DNA from: Vulcanimicrobiota bacterium
Lineage (GTDB): Bacteria; Vulcanimicrobiota; Vulcanimicrobiia; Vulcanimicrobiales; Vulcanimicrobiaceae
Direction of reading: 5' to 3'
NCBI GenBank assembly: GCA_963820825.1
Contig: CAWGBN010000006.1
Span: 384,001-448,000 of the forward strand
Length of the DNA stretch: 64,000 nucleotides
The notes under the pieces are model-generated. The model saw nothing but the letters and a program-made list of their open reading frames with translations. It had not been told where the DNA came from and did no database searches. Made by a program: the position numbers and the translations under genes. Positions 16,890-26,301 of this stretch are shown here, one piece after another; the first letter of the stretch is position 1; each line of letters opens with the position of its first letter.

Positions 16890-18734
16890 GTGAGCCCAGC
16901 GCTCAAAGCGCATTGGGCTAAGCCTGTGTATTCAACGGCGCTTCCGGCGAAGGAGACGCTGCCGAGCTTAATTCGGCGGGCGCTCGCAGAGCCGTGCGAT
17001 GAAGTGCTCCTCGAGCGCGTCAACCGGACGTGGACGCCGATTTCGAACGGCCGATTGCTGGAGCGCGTCGAGAACGTTGCCTGTGCGATTCGCGATGCGG
17101 GTTTGAGCGCGGGCGACCGCGTTGCGCTGATCGCGCATAACTGCGTCGATTGGATCGTCTGCGATTTTGCGACGTTCTTTGCCGGTTGCGTCGTCGTTCC
17201 GATCTATCCGACGCAAGCGCTCGATCACACCAGATACATCCTCGAACACTCCGGTGCCCGACTGCTCTTCGTCGATACCGCTGCCACTGCGGCGCGCGTT
17301 GCCGAATCGGGTGCGACGCTGCCGCGTATCGTCGTCTTCGAATCGGCAGCCTCCGACGGATTCGCGGCATTCGAAACGCGCGGTGCAGAGATCCGCGCGG
17401 CGCATCCGGAGCTCCCCGGCGCCTACGAAGCGACGCTTCTGCCCGACGACTTGGCGGTGCTGATCTACACGTCGGGAACGACGGGATCGCCCAAGGGTGT
17501 GATGCTCTCGCACGACAACCTCGGCTTCGACGCCCAGGTATCGCTCACGTGCGGATTCGAGGGAATCGAATCCGGTCGCGACGTCCTCTCGGTGCTGCCG
17601 TACTCGCACATCTACGAGCACACGATCATCTACATCTACCTCGTCGCTCGCGTGCGATATTTTATCTGCCACGATCCCGCGGAGCTGCTCGACGATTTAC
17701 GCGACGTACGGCCGACCGAGATGACCTCGGTGCCGCGCATCTTCGATCGCGTTCTGAGCGGCATTCGCGGTCAAGCGCAGGCGGCCGGCGGCCTCAAGGC
17801 ACGGCTCGTTCCTTGGGCGCTCGGAGTAGCGCGAGACTACGCCGCGGCGAAGACCTTCGGCGGCAAGGTTCCGCTCGGGCTGCGCGTGCGCTACCGAATC
17901 GCCGGCGCGCTCGTCCTCTCGAAGATCCGCCACATGCTCGGTCTCGACCGCGTGCGATTCCTCACCAGCGGTAGCGCACCGCTCCATATCGACACCGCGA
18001 TGACCTTCCTTGGACTCGGGGTCCCGATCATGCAGGGGTACGGTCTCACCGAGACCTCGCCGGTGGTTTCGGTCAGCCGTCTCTCCGACAATGAGTACGG
18101 CGCGGTCGGGCGCCCGATCGACGGCGTCGACGTGCACATCGCCCAGGATGGCGAGGTCTTGGTTCGCGGACGCAACGTGATGCAGGGATACTACCGCGAC
18201 CCGCAAGCGACGGCCGCGGCGATCGTCGACGGCTGGCTCCATACCGGCGACGTCGGCGAGATCGATGCATCGGGCTTCCTGCGCATTACCGATCGAAAGA
18301 ACGAGATTTTCAAGACCGGGACGGGTAAATGGGTCTCGCCGGCGCGGATCGAGGCGAACGTCAAGCGCTCGATGTTCGTCACCAATGCGATGGTGCTGGG
18401 CAGCGGCCGCCCGTTTCCGATTGCGCTGATTTCGCCGAACTGGCCGCTCGTGCGCCTCGAGCTGCCGGCGCTGCCCAAGGAGGCGACGGCCGATCAACTC
18501 GCCGGCCGGGAGGACGTTCATGCATTTCTCTCGCGCGAGGTTCACCGCCAGACGCACGGGCTGGCAACCTACGAGCAGATCCGGCGGGTGATCGTCGTTC
18601 CTGCGGATTTCACCGTCGATGGTGGGGAGCTCTCGCCGTCCATGAAGGTTAAGCGCCGCGTCGTAGAAGCGCGGTACGCTCCTCAAATAGAAGAAGCGTA
18701 CGGGGGCGAAGCGCCGGTGCACGCCGCGCTCTAG
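16890..18734 (+). CDS. Long-chain fatty acid--CoA ligase (AMP-dependent synthetase)
   Basis: IYTSGTTGSPKGVMLSH, QGYGLTETSP, WLHTGDVG, ITDRKNEIFK, GELSPSMKVKR. Confidence 0.92.
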   Translation: MSPALKAHWAKPVYSTALPAKETLPSLIRRALAEPCDEVLLERVNRTWTPISNGRLLERVENVACAIRDAGLSAGDRVALIAHNCVDWIVCDFATFFAGCVVVPIYPTQALDHTRYILEHSGARLLFVDTAATAARVAESGATLPRIVVFESAASDGFAAFETRGAEIRAAHPELPGAYEATLLPDDLAVLIYTSGTTGSPKGVMLSHDNLGFDAQVSLTCGFEGIESGRDVLSVLPYSHIYEHTIIYIYLVARVRYFICHDPAELLDDLRDVRPTEMTSVPRIFDRVLSGIRGQAQAAGGLKARLVPWALGVARDYAAAKTFGGKVPLGLRVRYRIAGALVLSKIRHMLGLDRVRFLTSGSAPLHIDTAMTFLGLGVPIMQGYGLTETSPVVSVSRLSDNEYGAVGRPIDGVDVHIAQDGEVLVRGRNVMQGYYRDPQATAAAIVDGWLHTGDVGEIDASGFLRITDRKNEIFKTGTGKWVSPARIEANVKRSMFVTNAMVLGSGRPFPIALISPNWPLVRLELPALPKEATADQLAGREDVHAFLSREVHRQTHGLATYEQIRRVIVVPADFTVDGGELSPSMKVKRRVVEARYAPQIEEAYGGEAPVHAAL

Positions 18735-18742
18735 ACTCCGAG

Positions 18743-19111
18743 ATGCGTCGTATCGATGAGTTCGTCCGCGGCCCGGTCAAGAGTAAGACGCTCTTCCCGG
18801 CATTGATCCTCCACTTCATCGAGCGCCACCCCGACCACGGCTACGGCTTGATGCAGCGCATTGCGGACGTTTGCGGCGACCTGGTGGCCGTGAACACCAA
18901 CAAGATCTATCCGCTGCTGCGACGCCTCGAGGAGCGCGGCTTCCTCACCGCGACCTGGGAACATCCGAGCAAGCGTTCGCGGCGCGTCTACGCAATCACC
19001 GACCAGGGGCGCGAGCGTCTCGAACGGATCAAAGGGCTGATGCTGCCGTATCTCGATTCGATCTCCGGCGCGATCGAACGGCTGAAGTCGGAGCTCTACG
19101 GGCAGCTTTGA
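18743..19111 (+). CDS. PadR family transcriptional regulator
   Basis: HGYGLMQRI...IYPLLRRLEERGFL...W....KRSRRVYAITDQGRE. Confidence 0.9.
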   Translation: MRRIDEFVRGPVKSKTLFPALILHFIERHPDHGYGLMQRIADVCGDLVAVNTNKIYPLLRRLEERGFLTATWEHPSKRSRRVYAITDQGRERLERIKGLMLPYLDSISGAIERLKSELYGQL

Positions 19112-19196
19112 CGAAACTTTGATGACGCCGGTTCGCGCCGAGAGCAGGAGCGGCGCGCCGGGCCGCAATAATCGCGTCGCGTCGGAGGTTTATCTA

Positions 19197-20717
19197 TTGC
19201 CGTTGAAAGCGTTGCGCCTTCTGCTGGCCGCCGTGCTCGTACTGGGGATCCCCAACCGAGTCGCTGCGAAGCCTCCGGCAATTCCGGCGCTCACGCCCGA
19301 TGCCGTTACTCACCACACGATCGTTCTCGGCGGCCGAACGCTGGCGTACACGGCGCGGGCCGGAACGATCACCCTGCGTAACGGTCAAGACCAACCGACC
19401 GCGCGGGTCTTCTATACGGCCTATACGCTCGACCGCGCGGATCCGTCGAAGCGCGCGGTGACCTTCCTGTATAACGGCGGTCCGGGAAGCTCGACGATGT
19501 GGCTGCGCATGGGTTCGTTCGGCCCGGTGCGCGTCGCCACGCGCGACGGCGGAATCAGCGGTCCTCCGCCGTATCGGATCGTCTCGAATCAGTACTCGCT
19601 GCTCGACCGCACCGATCTCGTCTTCATCGATATGCCGGGAAGCGGCTACGGGCGACTCATCGGCGCCGGAACGCGCAAGGATTTTTGGGGCGTCGACGAG
19701 GACGTCGCCGCCTTCGCACAGTTCATCCAGCGCTACATCACCAACTTCAACCGCTGGAACTCGCCCCGTTTTCTCTTCGGCGAGTCGTACGGAACGACGC
19801 GCTCGTCGGTGCTGACGAAGTATCTCCAAGACGAAGGCATCTCGCTCAACGGCGTCGTGCTGCTCTCGTCGTTCTTGAACTCGAATATCGACTACAACGA
19901 CGGTGCGCCGATCGGCGGCGGCGATTGGGCCTACGTGCTCTACCTGCCGACCGAAACGGCGACCGCGTGGTATCACGGCGCGCTGCGCGGAGGTCCGCCG
20001 CTCTCCTCGCTCTTACCCGAAGTCGAGAACTTCGCGCTCAACGAGTACGTCGATGCCCTGGCGCAGGGGGCGCGGCTCGCGCCCGACCGCTACAACGACG
20101 TCGTTGCGAAGCTGCACCGCTACACGGGGCTATCCGAGCAGTATATCCGCAACTCGAACCTGCGCATCCAGTACGACCGGTTCGAGAACGAGTTGCTGCG
20201 CCAGCGCGGGATCACCGTCGGCCGAATCGATGCACGTTTTTCGACCTACGTGCTCGACCGGCCCGAGGTCTCGCCCGATTGGGACGCGACCGACGCCGCG
20301 ATCGATTCGGCCTTCGTCTCGACCTCCAACTACTATCTGCGGCAGATGCTCAAATACAATACGCCGCTGCTCTATCGCGGCGAGATTTACGATCTCATCT
20401 ACGCCGACGGCGAGACCTGGGATTTCAAGCATGGGAACAACGTCCAGATCCTCAACGTAACGCCCGACCTCGCGCAGGCAATGACCTATAATCCGCGGCT
20501 CAAGATCTTCTCGGCGGGCGGATACTTCGATTTTGCGACGCCGTTCTTCGCGACGGTCTACGCGCTCGACCACCTCTACCTCGCGCCCGCAGTACAGCGC
20601 AACATCACGTGGGGGCTCTATCAATCCGGACACATGGTCTATCTCCATCCGGCGGCGCTGGCCCAGTTCCACGCCGACCTCGAGCGTTGGTACGTACGGG
20701 TGCTTTCAAATGCGTGA
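19197..20717 (+). CDS. Secreted S10 family serine carboxypeptidase
   Basis: SD GGAGGT (19184-19189) plus TTG 19197; signal peptide; FLYNGGPGSS, FLFGESYG, GYFDFATP, YQSGHMVY. Confidence 0.9.
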   Translation: MPLKALRLLLAAVLVLGIPNRVAAKPPAIPALTPDAVTHHTIVLGGRTLAYTARAGTITLRNGQDQPTARVFYTAYTLDRADPSKRAVTFLYNGGPGSSTMWLRMGSFGPVRVATRDGGISGPPPYRIVSNQYSLLDRTDLVFIDMPGSGYGRLIGAGTRKDFWGVDEDVAAFAQFIQRYITNFNRWNSPRFLFGESYGTTRSSVLTKYLQDEGISLNGVVLLSSFLNSNIDYNDGAPIGGGDWAYVLYLPTETATAWYHGALRGGPPLSSLLPEVENFALNEYVDALAQGARLAPDRYNDVVAKLHRYTGLSEQYIRNSNLRIQYDRFENELLRQRGITVGRIDARFSTYVLDRPEVSPDWDATDAAIDSAFVSTSNYYLRQMLKYNTPLLYRGEIYDLIYADGETWDFKHGNNVQILNVTPDLAQAMTYNPRLKIFSAGGYFDFATPFFATVYALDHLYLAPAVQRNITWGLYQSGHMVYLHPAALAQFHADLERWYVRVLSNA

Positions 20718-22215
20718 GCTGATCTGTGCGTTTGCCGCCGCCATGCTCCTCGCCGCGGCGCCGGCGCCCGCGCCGAAAGCGACGCCGGGACCGATGGCCG
20801 CCGACGCGGTCACCGAGCACTCGATCACCTTGGGCGGCAAACCCTATCCGTACGCCGCGCGAGCCGGAACGATTGCGCTCGAAAACAATAAGGGTGACGC
20901 GACGTGCCGGATGTTCTACACGGCCTTCACCGTCGAGGGTGCCGATCCGCGTACGCGCCCGGTGACGTTTCTCTACAACGGCGGTCCGGGAAGCTCGACG
21001 ATTTGGCTGCGCATGGGCTCGTTCGGTCCGATGCGCGTTGAGGTCGGCGACGGCGTGCCGACGGCGAATGCGCCCTTCAATCTCGTTCCGAACCAGTACT
21101 CGCTGCTCGATCGCACCGATCTCGTCTTCGTCGATGCGCCCGACACCGGTTTCAGCCGGATTACCCCCGACGGCAAGCCCGACGAATTCTTCGGCGCCGA
21201 CGCCGACGTCAAAGCGTTCGCGCAGTTCGTCTCGCGCTATATCACGACGTTCGGCCGGTGGAACTCACCGAAGTTCCTCTTCGGCGAATCGTACGGGACG
21301 CCGCGCTCGGCGATGCTCGTCAATACGCTGGAGCACCAGGGCATCGGCATCAACGGCGTCGTCTTACTCTCGTCGGTCCTCGATTTCTCACTCGATTGGG
21401 ACGTGAACTTCACGCCGACCGCGATCGGCGGCGGCGACTGGGCCTTCCCGCTCTACCTGCCCACCGAAGCGGCGTCGGCGTGGTACCATCACGCACTTCC
21501 CGGGCCGCAGACGACGCTTTCGGCGTTGCTGCCGCAAGTGGAAGACTTCGCGATGCACGAGTATCTCAACGCACTTGCGCAAGGTGCGAAGCTCCCCCCG
21601 AGTACCTACGACGACGTCGTCTCCAAGCTGCACCAGTACACCGGACTCTCGACGAACTACATCAGGCTCTCGAACCTGCGGATTCCCTACGGGCGCTATA
21701 CCACCGAGCTATTCCGCGACAGCGGCGTCATGCTCGGCCGCTACGACGCGCGCTTTACGTCGTACAATCTCGACCGGATCAACGATCAATCGGACTTCGA
21801 CCCGGTCGACTCGGCGATCGACGCGGCCTTCGTCGGCAGCGGCAACTTCTATCTGCGACAGATGTTGGGATATCAGACGACGCTGATCTACCGCCCGACC
21901 GTCAACGTCTTTCGCCAGTGGGATTGGAAACACAATGGCAACTTGCCGACCAATACCGCGCAGGATCTCGCGGGCGCGATGGCCTTCAATCCTCACCTGC
22001 AAGTCTTTTCAGGGAACGGATACTACGATTTCGCGACGCCGTTTTGGGCGACGGTCTACACGCTCAACCACCTGAATCTCCCGCCCGAGCTGCAGAAGAA
22101 CATCTCCTACGGCTTCTACGAATCCGGGCACATGGTCTATCTGCACCCGCCGGCGCTCGCGCAGTTCCACGACGATCTCGAGAACTGGTACGCGCGGACG
22201 CTCGGCGAGCGCTAG
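20710..22215 (+). CDS. Secreted S10 family serine carboxypeptidase (tandem paralog)
   Basis: ATG 20710 (MRELICAFAAAMLLAAAP); FLYNGGPGSS, FLFGESYG, GYYDFATP, YESGHMVY. Confidence 0.9.
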   Translation: MRELICAFAAAMLLAAAPAPAPKATPGPMAADAVTEHSITLGGKPYPYAARAGTIALENNKGDATCRMFYTAFTVEGADPRTRPVTFLYNGGPGSSTIWLRMGSFGPMRVEVGDGVPTANAPFNLVPNQYSLLDRTDLVFVDAPDTGFSRITPDGKPDEFFGADADVKAFAQFVSRYITTFGRWNSPKFLFGESYGTPRSAMLVNTLEHQGIGINGVVLLSSVLDFSLDWDVNFTPTAIGGGDWAFPLYLPTEAASAWYHHALPGPQTTLSALLPQVEDFAMHEYLNALAQGAKLPPSTYDDVVSKLHQYTGLSTNYIRLSNLRIPYGRYTTELFRDSGVMLGRYDARFTSYNLDRINDQSDFDPVDSAIDAAFVGSGNFYLRQMLGYQTTLIYRPTVNVFRQWDWKHNGNLPTNTAQDLAGAMAFNPHLQVFSGNGYYDFATPFWATVYTLNHLNLPPELQKNISYGFYESGHMVYLHPPALAQFHDDLENWYARTLGER

Positions 22216-22218
22216 GCC

Positions 22219-25200
22219 TTACTTCGCCGGTATCTCCGACTTCGCGGCCGTCTGCCGGTAGATCGCCTCGAGCTTGGTGTACGCCGTGCGCATGTCCGGA
22301 GTCGGGGCGGCGTCCGCGCTCTCTACGGCACTCTCGAGGTAATCGAGCGACGTCTCCAGATAGAGAAAGCTGGTGAAGTCGCGCGAGTACGCGCCGACGG
22401 AATCGTCGGGATTATCGGGCGGCTCTTCGCCGATTACGTCGCGGCGATAGGCTTGTGCGCGGCCGGCCGGGAGGCGTTTGACGAACTGCTGGGCCTTCGT
22501 ACGCGCGGCCGCGACCTCGTCGCGGAGCGCCTGGACGAGTCGCGCGAGCTGGTACTGAGCGAGTAAATCGGCGTTCGAAGCGGCGATGCGCGGGTCTTTC
22601 ATCACGCGCGCCGTGCGCGTCAGGCTCTTGCCGTTGACGCTCAGGCGTACGGTGTAGACTCCGGGCGGCACGAGCACGCCGGCGGCGTTCTTTTCGTGGA
22701 AATCCCAGATGAAACGATGCGCGCCGGCCTCCGCGACCGGCACGGGGTGCTGCTCGATCCAGTGCGTCGTGAACGGAACGTTCTTCGGATCGGCCGTCTT
22801 CAACGGGTGTGCGCTCGACCATCTGCGCACCACGAGGCCGTCACCGGCAAGAATGTCAATGGCGACGGGCGTGTTCGGCGCGTCGGGCAGATAGTAGTCG
22901 ATATATAAGCCCTCCGGCGCGTTATCGACTTGCGGCTCGTCGAGCGGAAGCGGCGTCCCTTCTTGATTGCCGGGGCGCACGCGATAGGCGGTCGCCGGGG
23001 CGAAGAGATACGCGCCCCCCGAAGCCGCGGCTTCGGGCATCTGTCGCAGCGGCGTCACGTCGTCCAGCACCCAAAACGCGCGGCCGTGCGTCGCGACGAC
23101 GAGGTCGTTACCGTGCACCGCGATATCGCGTATCGACGTAACCGGTAAATTTAGCTGCAGCGGCTGCCAGTCGGCCCCGTCGTCGAAGGAGACGTAAACC
23201 CCGCGCTCGGTTCCTGCGTAGAGCAGGCCGCGCCGTTTAGGATCTTCACGCACGACGTTGACGAACGATCCGTTGGGAATGCCGCTCGCGATCGCCGTCC
23301 AACTCGCGCCGCCGTCGGTAGTGCGGTAGATATAGGGTGCGTAATCGTCGAGCCGGTGGCGATCGATCGCCGCGTACGCCGTTGCCGTATCGAAGTGCGA
23401 GGCTTCAATCGTCCCGACTTTGCTCCACGACGTCAACGTCGCCGGCGTAACGTTATGCCAGGTACGGCAATCGTCACGGGTCACCCAGACGTAGCCATCG
23501 TCGGTTCCGGCCCAAATAAGATTCGCTCGCAGCGGCGACGGAGCGATCGTATAGACGACGCCGTGCCGAGCGATCCCGTTGTTGTCGCGCAGCGTCGGCG
23601 AATCGAGGTTCGAGGGCGTACCTTCGTGTGCGCGCGAGAGATCGGGACTGACGATCTTCCACGTCTCGCCCCCGTCACGCGAGCGAAAGACGCTTTGGTG
23701 ACCGAAGTAGAGCGAGGTGCGATCGACCGGCGAGAATGCCAACGGCAACGTCCACGTGTTGCGCCAGATGGTGCCGGGGTGGGTGATGATCGGGTCGACG
23801 TTCTGTTCCCATCCGGTTACGGGGATTTCGCGGGTTACGGTCGGTCCGCCCTGACCGCTGGAGTCCCCGTAGACCAAACCCGGATGTCGCGGGTCGGGCG
23901 CGAGGTTCCCATTCTCGCCGCCGACGTCTACGGGGCGAAAATCCTGTTGTGAAATCGTTCCGTACTTACTTTGGGTGGTTGCGATCGCGGCGCCCGAGTC
24001 TTGCTGCGCGCCGTATGCGGAGAACGGGAATGCGTCGTCGGTCGCGACGTGATAGAACTGCGCCGTCGGCTGGTTGTACCAGGAACTCCACGTCCTCGCC
24101 GCGTCGACGGTGACGATCACCCCTTGGTCGCTGCCGAGAATCATGCGATTCGAATCGCCGGGGTCGATCCAGAGCGTGTGGAAATCGTCGCCCGTCGGAT
24201 CGCCGAGAGCTGCATCGAAGCTCTTACCGGCGTTCGCCGACCGGTACGTCGCCGTGTTCATCACGTAGACGACGTCGGGATTATGCGGATCGGCGGTGAT
24301 GCCGCTGAAGTACCAACCGCGCTGCCAGATCCGCTCTTCGGAATCGGTGTGGGTCCAGGTCGCTCCCGCATCGTCGGAACGATAGACGCCGCCGAGTCCC
24401 ACGGTGCTGTCGACCTGCGCGTAGATCCGATGCGGCGCCGCGGCTGAGATCGAGAGGCCGATTCGTCCGACGTGCGCCGGCAAGCCGTTCGTGAGCTGCG
24501 TCCATGTTGCGCCGCCGTCGGTCGATTTGTAGAGACCGCTACCCGGCCCGTTTGACGGCGGATAGACGTTCCACGGCGGGCGGCGCGTCTGCCAGAGCGC
24601 GGCATAGATGACGTTGGGATCGTCGGGTGCCATCGCGAGCGAGATCGCCCCGGTGTTCGCGTCTTTGTAGAGCACTTTTTTCCAGGTTACGCCGCCGTCG
24701 ATCGACTTGAAGACGCCGCGTTCGGCGTTCGGTCCGTATGGATGTCCGAGCGCGGCAACGTAGACGATGCCGGCGTTATGCGGATCGACGACGATCGCGC
24801 CGATTTGCTTACTGTCGTTCAATCCGAGATGCGTCCAGCTTCTGCCGCCGTTGGTCGATTTATACACTCCGTTGCCGTAGGCGATGTCGGAACGCATGTC
24901 CGCCTCGCCGGTTCCGAGGTAAATCGTCTGCGGGCTGCTCGGAGCGATCGCGATCGCGCCGATCGATCCGATATCTTGATCGTCGAAGATCGGGTTCCAG
25001 GTGCGTCCGGCATTGAGCGTCTCCCAGACGCCGCCGTCTACCGCGCCGAAATAAAAGTGGTTCGGTTCACCCGGTACGCCGGTGACCGCGAGCGCACGGC
25101 CGCCGCGAAAGGGCCCGATTAGCCGCCAGTGGAGCGAGGTGAAGTATGCTGAGGGAATTCGCCCAGCGGTACTCGCGCTCGCGGTGAGCGCCGGGCTTGT

Positions 25201-25239
25201 AAGAATGACCGCGATGCAGAAGGCAGAGAGGCGTCGCAT
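22219..25239 (-). CDS. Secreted VPS10/sortilin-like BNR (Asp-box) repeat beta-propeller protein
   Basis: Signal peptide; WRLIGPFRGGR; many S-x-D-G-G-x-T-W Asp-boxes (STNGGRSW, SIDGGVTW, STDGGATW, SRDGGETW); DLVVATHGRAFW. Confidence 0.85.
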   Translation of the reverse strand: MRRLSAFCIAVILTSPALTASASTAGRIPSAYFTSLHWRLIGPFRGGRALAVTGVPGEPNHFYFGAVDGGVWETLNAGRTWNPIFDDQDIGSIGAIAIAPSSPQTIYLGTGEADMRSDIAYGNGVYKSTNGGRSWTHLGLNDSKQIGAIVVDPHNAGIVYVAALGHPYGPNAERGVFKSIDGGVTWKKVLYKDANTGAISLAMAPDDPNVIYAALWQTRRPPWNVYPPSNGPGSGLYKSTDGGATWTQLTNGLPAHVGRIGLSISAAAPHRIYAQVDSTVGLGGVYRSDDAGATWTHTDSEERIWQRGWYFSGITADPHNPDVVYVMNTATYRSANAGKSFDAALGDPTGDDFHTLWIDPGDSNRMILGSDQGVIVTVDAARTWSSWYNQPTAQFYHVATDDAFPFSAYGAQQDSGAAIATTQSKYGTISQQDFRPVDVGGENGNLAPDPRHPGLVYGDSSGQGGPTVTREIPVTGWEQNVDPIITHPGTIWRNTWTLPLAFSPVDRTSLYFGHQSVFRSRDGGETWKIVSPDLSRAHEGTPSNLDSPTLRDNNGIARHGVVYTIAPSPLRANLIWAGTDDGYVWVTRDDCRTWHNVTPATLTSWSKVGTIEASHFDTATAYAAIDRHRLDDYAPYIYRTTDGGASWTAIASGIPNGSFVNVVREDPKRRGLLYAGTERGVYVSFDDGADWQPLQLNLPVTSIRDIAVHGNDLVVATHGRAFWVLDDVTPLRQMPEAAASGGAYLFAPATAYRVRPGNQEGTPLPLDEPQVDNAPEGLYIDYYLPDAPNTPVAIDILAGDGLVVRRWSSAHPLKTADPKNVPFTTHWIEQHPVPVAEAGAHRFIWDFHEKNAAGVLVPPGVYTVRLSVNGKSLTRTARVMKDPRIAASNADLLAQYQLARLVQALRDEVAAARTKAQQFVKRLPAGRAQAYRRDVIGEEPPDNPDDSVGAYSRDFTSFLYLETSLDYLESAVESADAAPTPDMRTAYTKLEAIYRQTAAKSEIPAK

Positions 25240-25245
25240 AGACGC

Positions 25246-26262
25246 CTACCATCCGCCGCCGCTGTCGCCGCCTCCCCCGCCGAGGTCTCCGCCGCCGGCG
25301 TCACCGCCGAAGCCGCCGCCACTCCAGCCGCCGCCGCTCGCGCCCCCGAGGTCGGCTTGACCGGCGTCGCTCTGCCAGCCGCCGGAATCGGTGGGCGCAC
25401 CCCAGCCGCCGCCGGTGTCGCCCGGAATCTGTCCCGCTTGCGTGGGCGCGATCCCGCCGCCACCGCCGCGAAAGAGTTCGTTGCCTAGCCACGCGCCGCC
25501 GAGTCCGCCGAGCAATCCGCTCCAAAAACTTCCTCCGCCGCCGTAGCCGTAACCGTAGCCGGGGCCGCCGTACCCCGGTCCGTATCCGCCGCCGGGTGGG
25601 GCTCCGGGCGGCGGCGCGCCGGGCGCACCGCCGTAGTAGCGCGGCGCCGCAAGCGCGCGTAGGATCGAGCGGATGATTAAGAACGCGACGACCGCAATGA
25701 TAACCCACCAAAACATCGAGATGTGAACTCCTCCGGAGGATGGTCGCGCCGGCGCAAGCGCCGCGCCGGCCGGCGCGCGCTGCGGTGACGCGCCGAGGTG
25801 CGCGCGGTAAATGTTCAGTATGGCGTCGACCGCGCCGGTAATGCCGGCATCGTAATTTTCGCTGCGGAACTGGCTCTCCATCGCCGTGCGAATCGAGCGA
25901 AGCACGTCGGGCGTGAACCAGCCGGCCTGCGCCCCCGCGCGATCGGGGACGATGATGTCGCGCCGGTCGTCGCGAGCGATGAAGACTAGGACCCCGTTCA
26001 CACTCTGCTGCGAGAAGGCCGAGCCCGCGGCGCTCTGCAACGTGGCGCCGCCCAGCGATGGCGTCGTGAGCACCACGATCTCCTTGCCGGTCTGCGCGTT
26101 GAAGTTGGAGATGCGTGTGTTGAGCTGCGCGACCGTCGTCGCCGAAAACATCCCGGCTTGGTCCTGCACGAAGTCGCGCGCCTCGGCCGGTAGGGCCGCT
26201 GCGCCGAGCAACGCGGCCAGGACTCCCCCGGCGGCTGCGGTCCGCGCCGAAATAGCCTTCAT
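25246..26262 (-). CDS. TPM domain protein with TM helix and Gly-rich C-terminal tail
   Basis: ATG 26262 (or 26277); signal peptide; FVQDQAGMFS...GKEIVVLT...NGVLVFIARDDR...FRSENYDAGI; TM helix; tail ending GGGDSGGGW. Confidence 0.82.
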   Translation of the reverse strand: MKAISARTAAAGGVLAALLGAAALPAEARDFVQDQAGMFSATTVAQLNTRISNFNAQTGKEIVVLTTPSLGGATLQSAAGSAFSQQSVNGVLVFIARDDRRDIIVPDRAGAQAGWFTPDVLRSIRTAMESQFRSENYDAGITGAVDAILNIYRAHLGASPQRAPAGAALAPARPSSGGVHISMFWWVIIAVVAFLIIRSILRALAAPRYYGGAPGAPPPGAPPGGGYGPGYGGPGYGYGYGGGGSFWSGLLGGLGGAWLGNELFRGGGGGIAPTQAGQIPGDTGGGWGAPTDSGGWQSDAGQADLGGASGGGWSGGGFGGDAGGGDLGGGGGDSGGGW

Positions 26263-26301
26263 GCCGGGTCTTACCATAGCACGAAGGCGAAGTTTCGGCT
26301 T

